Shown: positions 62,871 through 64,000 of the stretch, piece after piece | Numbering within the stretch: the stretch's first letter is position 1 | How the letters are laid out: every line of letters starts with the position of its first letter | Source: a virus | Reading direction: 5' to 3' (one strand) | Virus record (IMG/VR): IMGVR_UViG_3300027702_000001 | Length of the DNA: 64,000 bases | Notes under the pieces: model-generated | Database searches by the model: none | Seen by the model: only the letters and a program-made list of their open reading frames with translations | Told to the model about the DNA's origin: nothing | Made by a program: the position numbers and the translations under genes

Positions 62871-63362
62871 CTATTTATCAGATTTTTGTTGCTTCAGGAA
62901 CTTTGCGAGTTCCGCTGTTGAACCAACAAACATTGTGTTGTTAGTAACGTTCTGTGCTGCTTTGTTCTTCGGTCCTTCTTCAATCTCCATCATTTTCTTA
63001 TGAAGGTCCGCTAACTTATCTGCAGTATCAGCAACGTTCTTAATCAAATTACCAGCAACTTCATATGCTCTAGGTGAGTCAGACTCTTGTGCCAACTCCA
63101 GAATACCATCAACTGCCTCCTGACCTTTCTCGATCAGTGAGTAAAAGTTTCCACGAGAATACTCATAGTCCTTGATCTGTTGATCAGTGACATTTGGTAC
63201 GATTGAATTATTCTTTTGTGGTTGACCTTGTTCTACCAAGGATGTTTCCACATCAAGAGCATCTTCAATACCGTCGTATTTACTCGTCTGCCCCTGTGAC
63301 TGGGTTTCTTGATTTGCCATCTGAGAATTCACTATAGAGTTCATTAAATCCGAAGTTATCAT
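62871..63362 (-). CDS. gp16: terminase small subunit (start uncertain)
   Basis: DYEYSRGN...GQEAVDGIL.LA..SDSPRAYEV...NNTMFVGSTAEL. Confidence 0.88.
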   Translation of the reverse strand: MITSDLMNSIVNSQMANQETQSQGQTSKYDGIEDALDVETSLVEQGQPQKNNSIVPNVTDQQIKDYEYSRGNFYSLIEKGQEAVDGILELAQESDSPRAYEVAGNLIKNVADTADKLADLHKKMMEIEEGPKNKAAQNVTNNTMFVGSTAELAKFLKQQKSDK

Positions 63363-64000
63363 CTGGATCTGCAGTAAGAGGATCAGGTTGAACTGTGTAC
63401 CTTACCTCGCGTGCTGCAGTTACCTTGGAATCCAGTGCAGTATCCACGATCGATTTCTTGATAAGTTTATTGGTAATGTCATTGACAGGACCATAAACAT
63501 ATGTTTTAGCAGAAAAAGAAAGTGTATAGATTAGAGTTCTACGTGTGGTGTAATCACCTTCGTAGTCATCTTCATAAACCACTGAGTTCAATGTGACTGG
63601 AAAGTCTTTAACTTCGCCGATCGCTTCCTGAAGATTCAGGGTTATGTTGAACATCGGTTGAAAGAATGGTAAGATCTGTTCAAGAATCTGGAGACCATCA
63701 TCTTGGTTCTTTGCCATAATCGATAGTTCAAAGTCCACATTGTATGGGACTGGCATAAACGATTTTCTAGTCTTACTATCACTACCCGTATAACGAATCA
63801 CCTGTGTGGGTGATACTTTTCTGGTAGCATCATAAGAGAAACCAGAGATCTCAAAAGAGATTCTAGGTAGTGTGATCTGTACAGCATCTTTAGTTGTAAG
63901 ATCTCCTACTTGCTTAAGACGTGCAAGGAACTTATCTTTAGGACCATATGCCAAGGGTACTTTCATAACCTCAGTTCTACTACCTTCCGTACGCTTAATT
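63280..64000 (-). CDS. gp15: tail sheath stabilizer / completion protein, 5' end outside window
   Basis: KVPLAYGPK, LPRISFE, PVPYN, QILEQILPFFQP, DDYEGD...RR.LIYTL.F. Confidence 0.92.
   Translation of the reverse strand, partial: IKRTEGSRTEVMKVPLAYGPKDKFLARLKQVGDLTTKDAVQITLPRISFEISGFSYDATRKVSPTQVIRYTGSDSKTRKSFMPVPYNVDFELSIMAKNQDDGLQILEQILPFFQPMFNITLNLQEAIGEVKDFPVTLNSVVYEDDYEGDYTTRRTLIYTLSFSAKTYVYGPVNDITNKLIKKSIVDTALDSKVTAAREVRYTVQPDPLTADPDDNFGFNELYSEFSDGKSRNPVTGADE

Noticed and set aside
1-64000. Alternative genetic code / stop-codon reassignment
   Set aside because: All core genes translate full length with the standard code; TAA, TAG and TGA all occur as genuine stops

Overview
Segment of a large T4-like marine cyanophage genome (Kyanoviridae-like myovirus). 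Host is most likely a picocyanobacterium; the tRNA-Arg(UCU) hints at Synechococcus. Nearly all genes lie on the minus strand. Reading from the right end: tail/head morphogenesis (gp15, gp16, gp17, gp18, gp19, gp20, gp21, gp22, gp23, gp3), uvsY/uvsW, gp55, gp47/gp46, a MoxR/CobS AAA + VWA pair, replication genes (gp45, gp44, gp62, regA, gp43, uvsX, gp41, gp61), nrdA/nrdB, and host-derived genes (petE, pcyA, hsp20, mazG, talC, several 2OG-Fe(II) oxygenases). The best signal lies below the ORF-track cutoff at about 1.94-2.71 kb. There, a sigma70 promoter drives a four-microprotein operon carrying two tandem glutamine-II (Downstream-peptide)-like riboswitch aptamers. The second aptamer is written inside the 3' coding end of the first peptide and precedes a DUF4278-like YRG peptide. 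Other notable items: a manA-like structured RNA, a ROSE-like hairpin on hsp20, a nuclease/ligase-fold/nucleotidyltransferase cluster, T4 capsid-targeting-like N-termini and putative gp21-cleaved basic polyproteins, a plus-strand island of exported proteins, and a symmetric divergent promoter beside gp55. All family assignments come from motif recognition without database searches.
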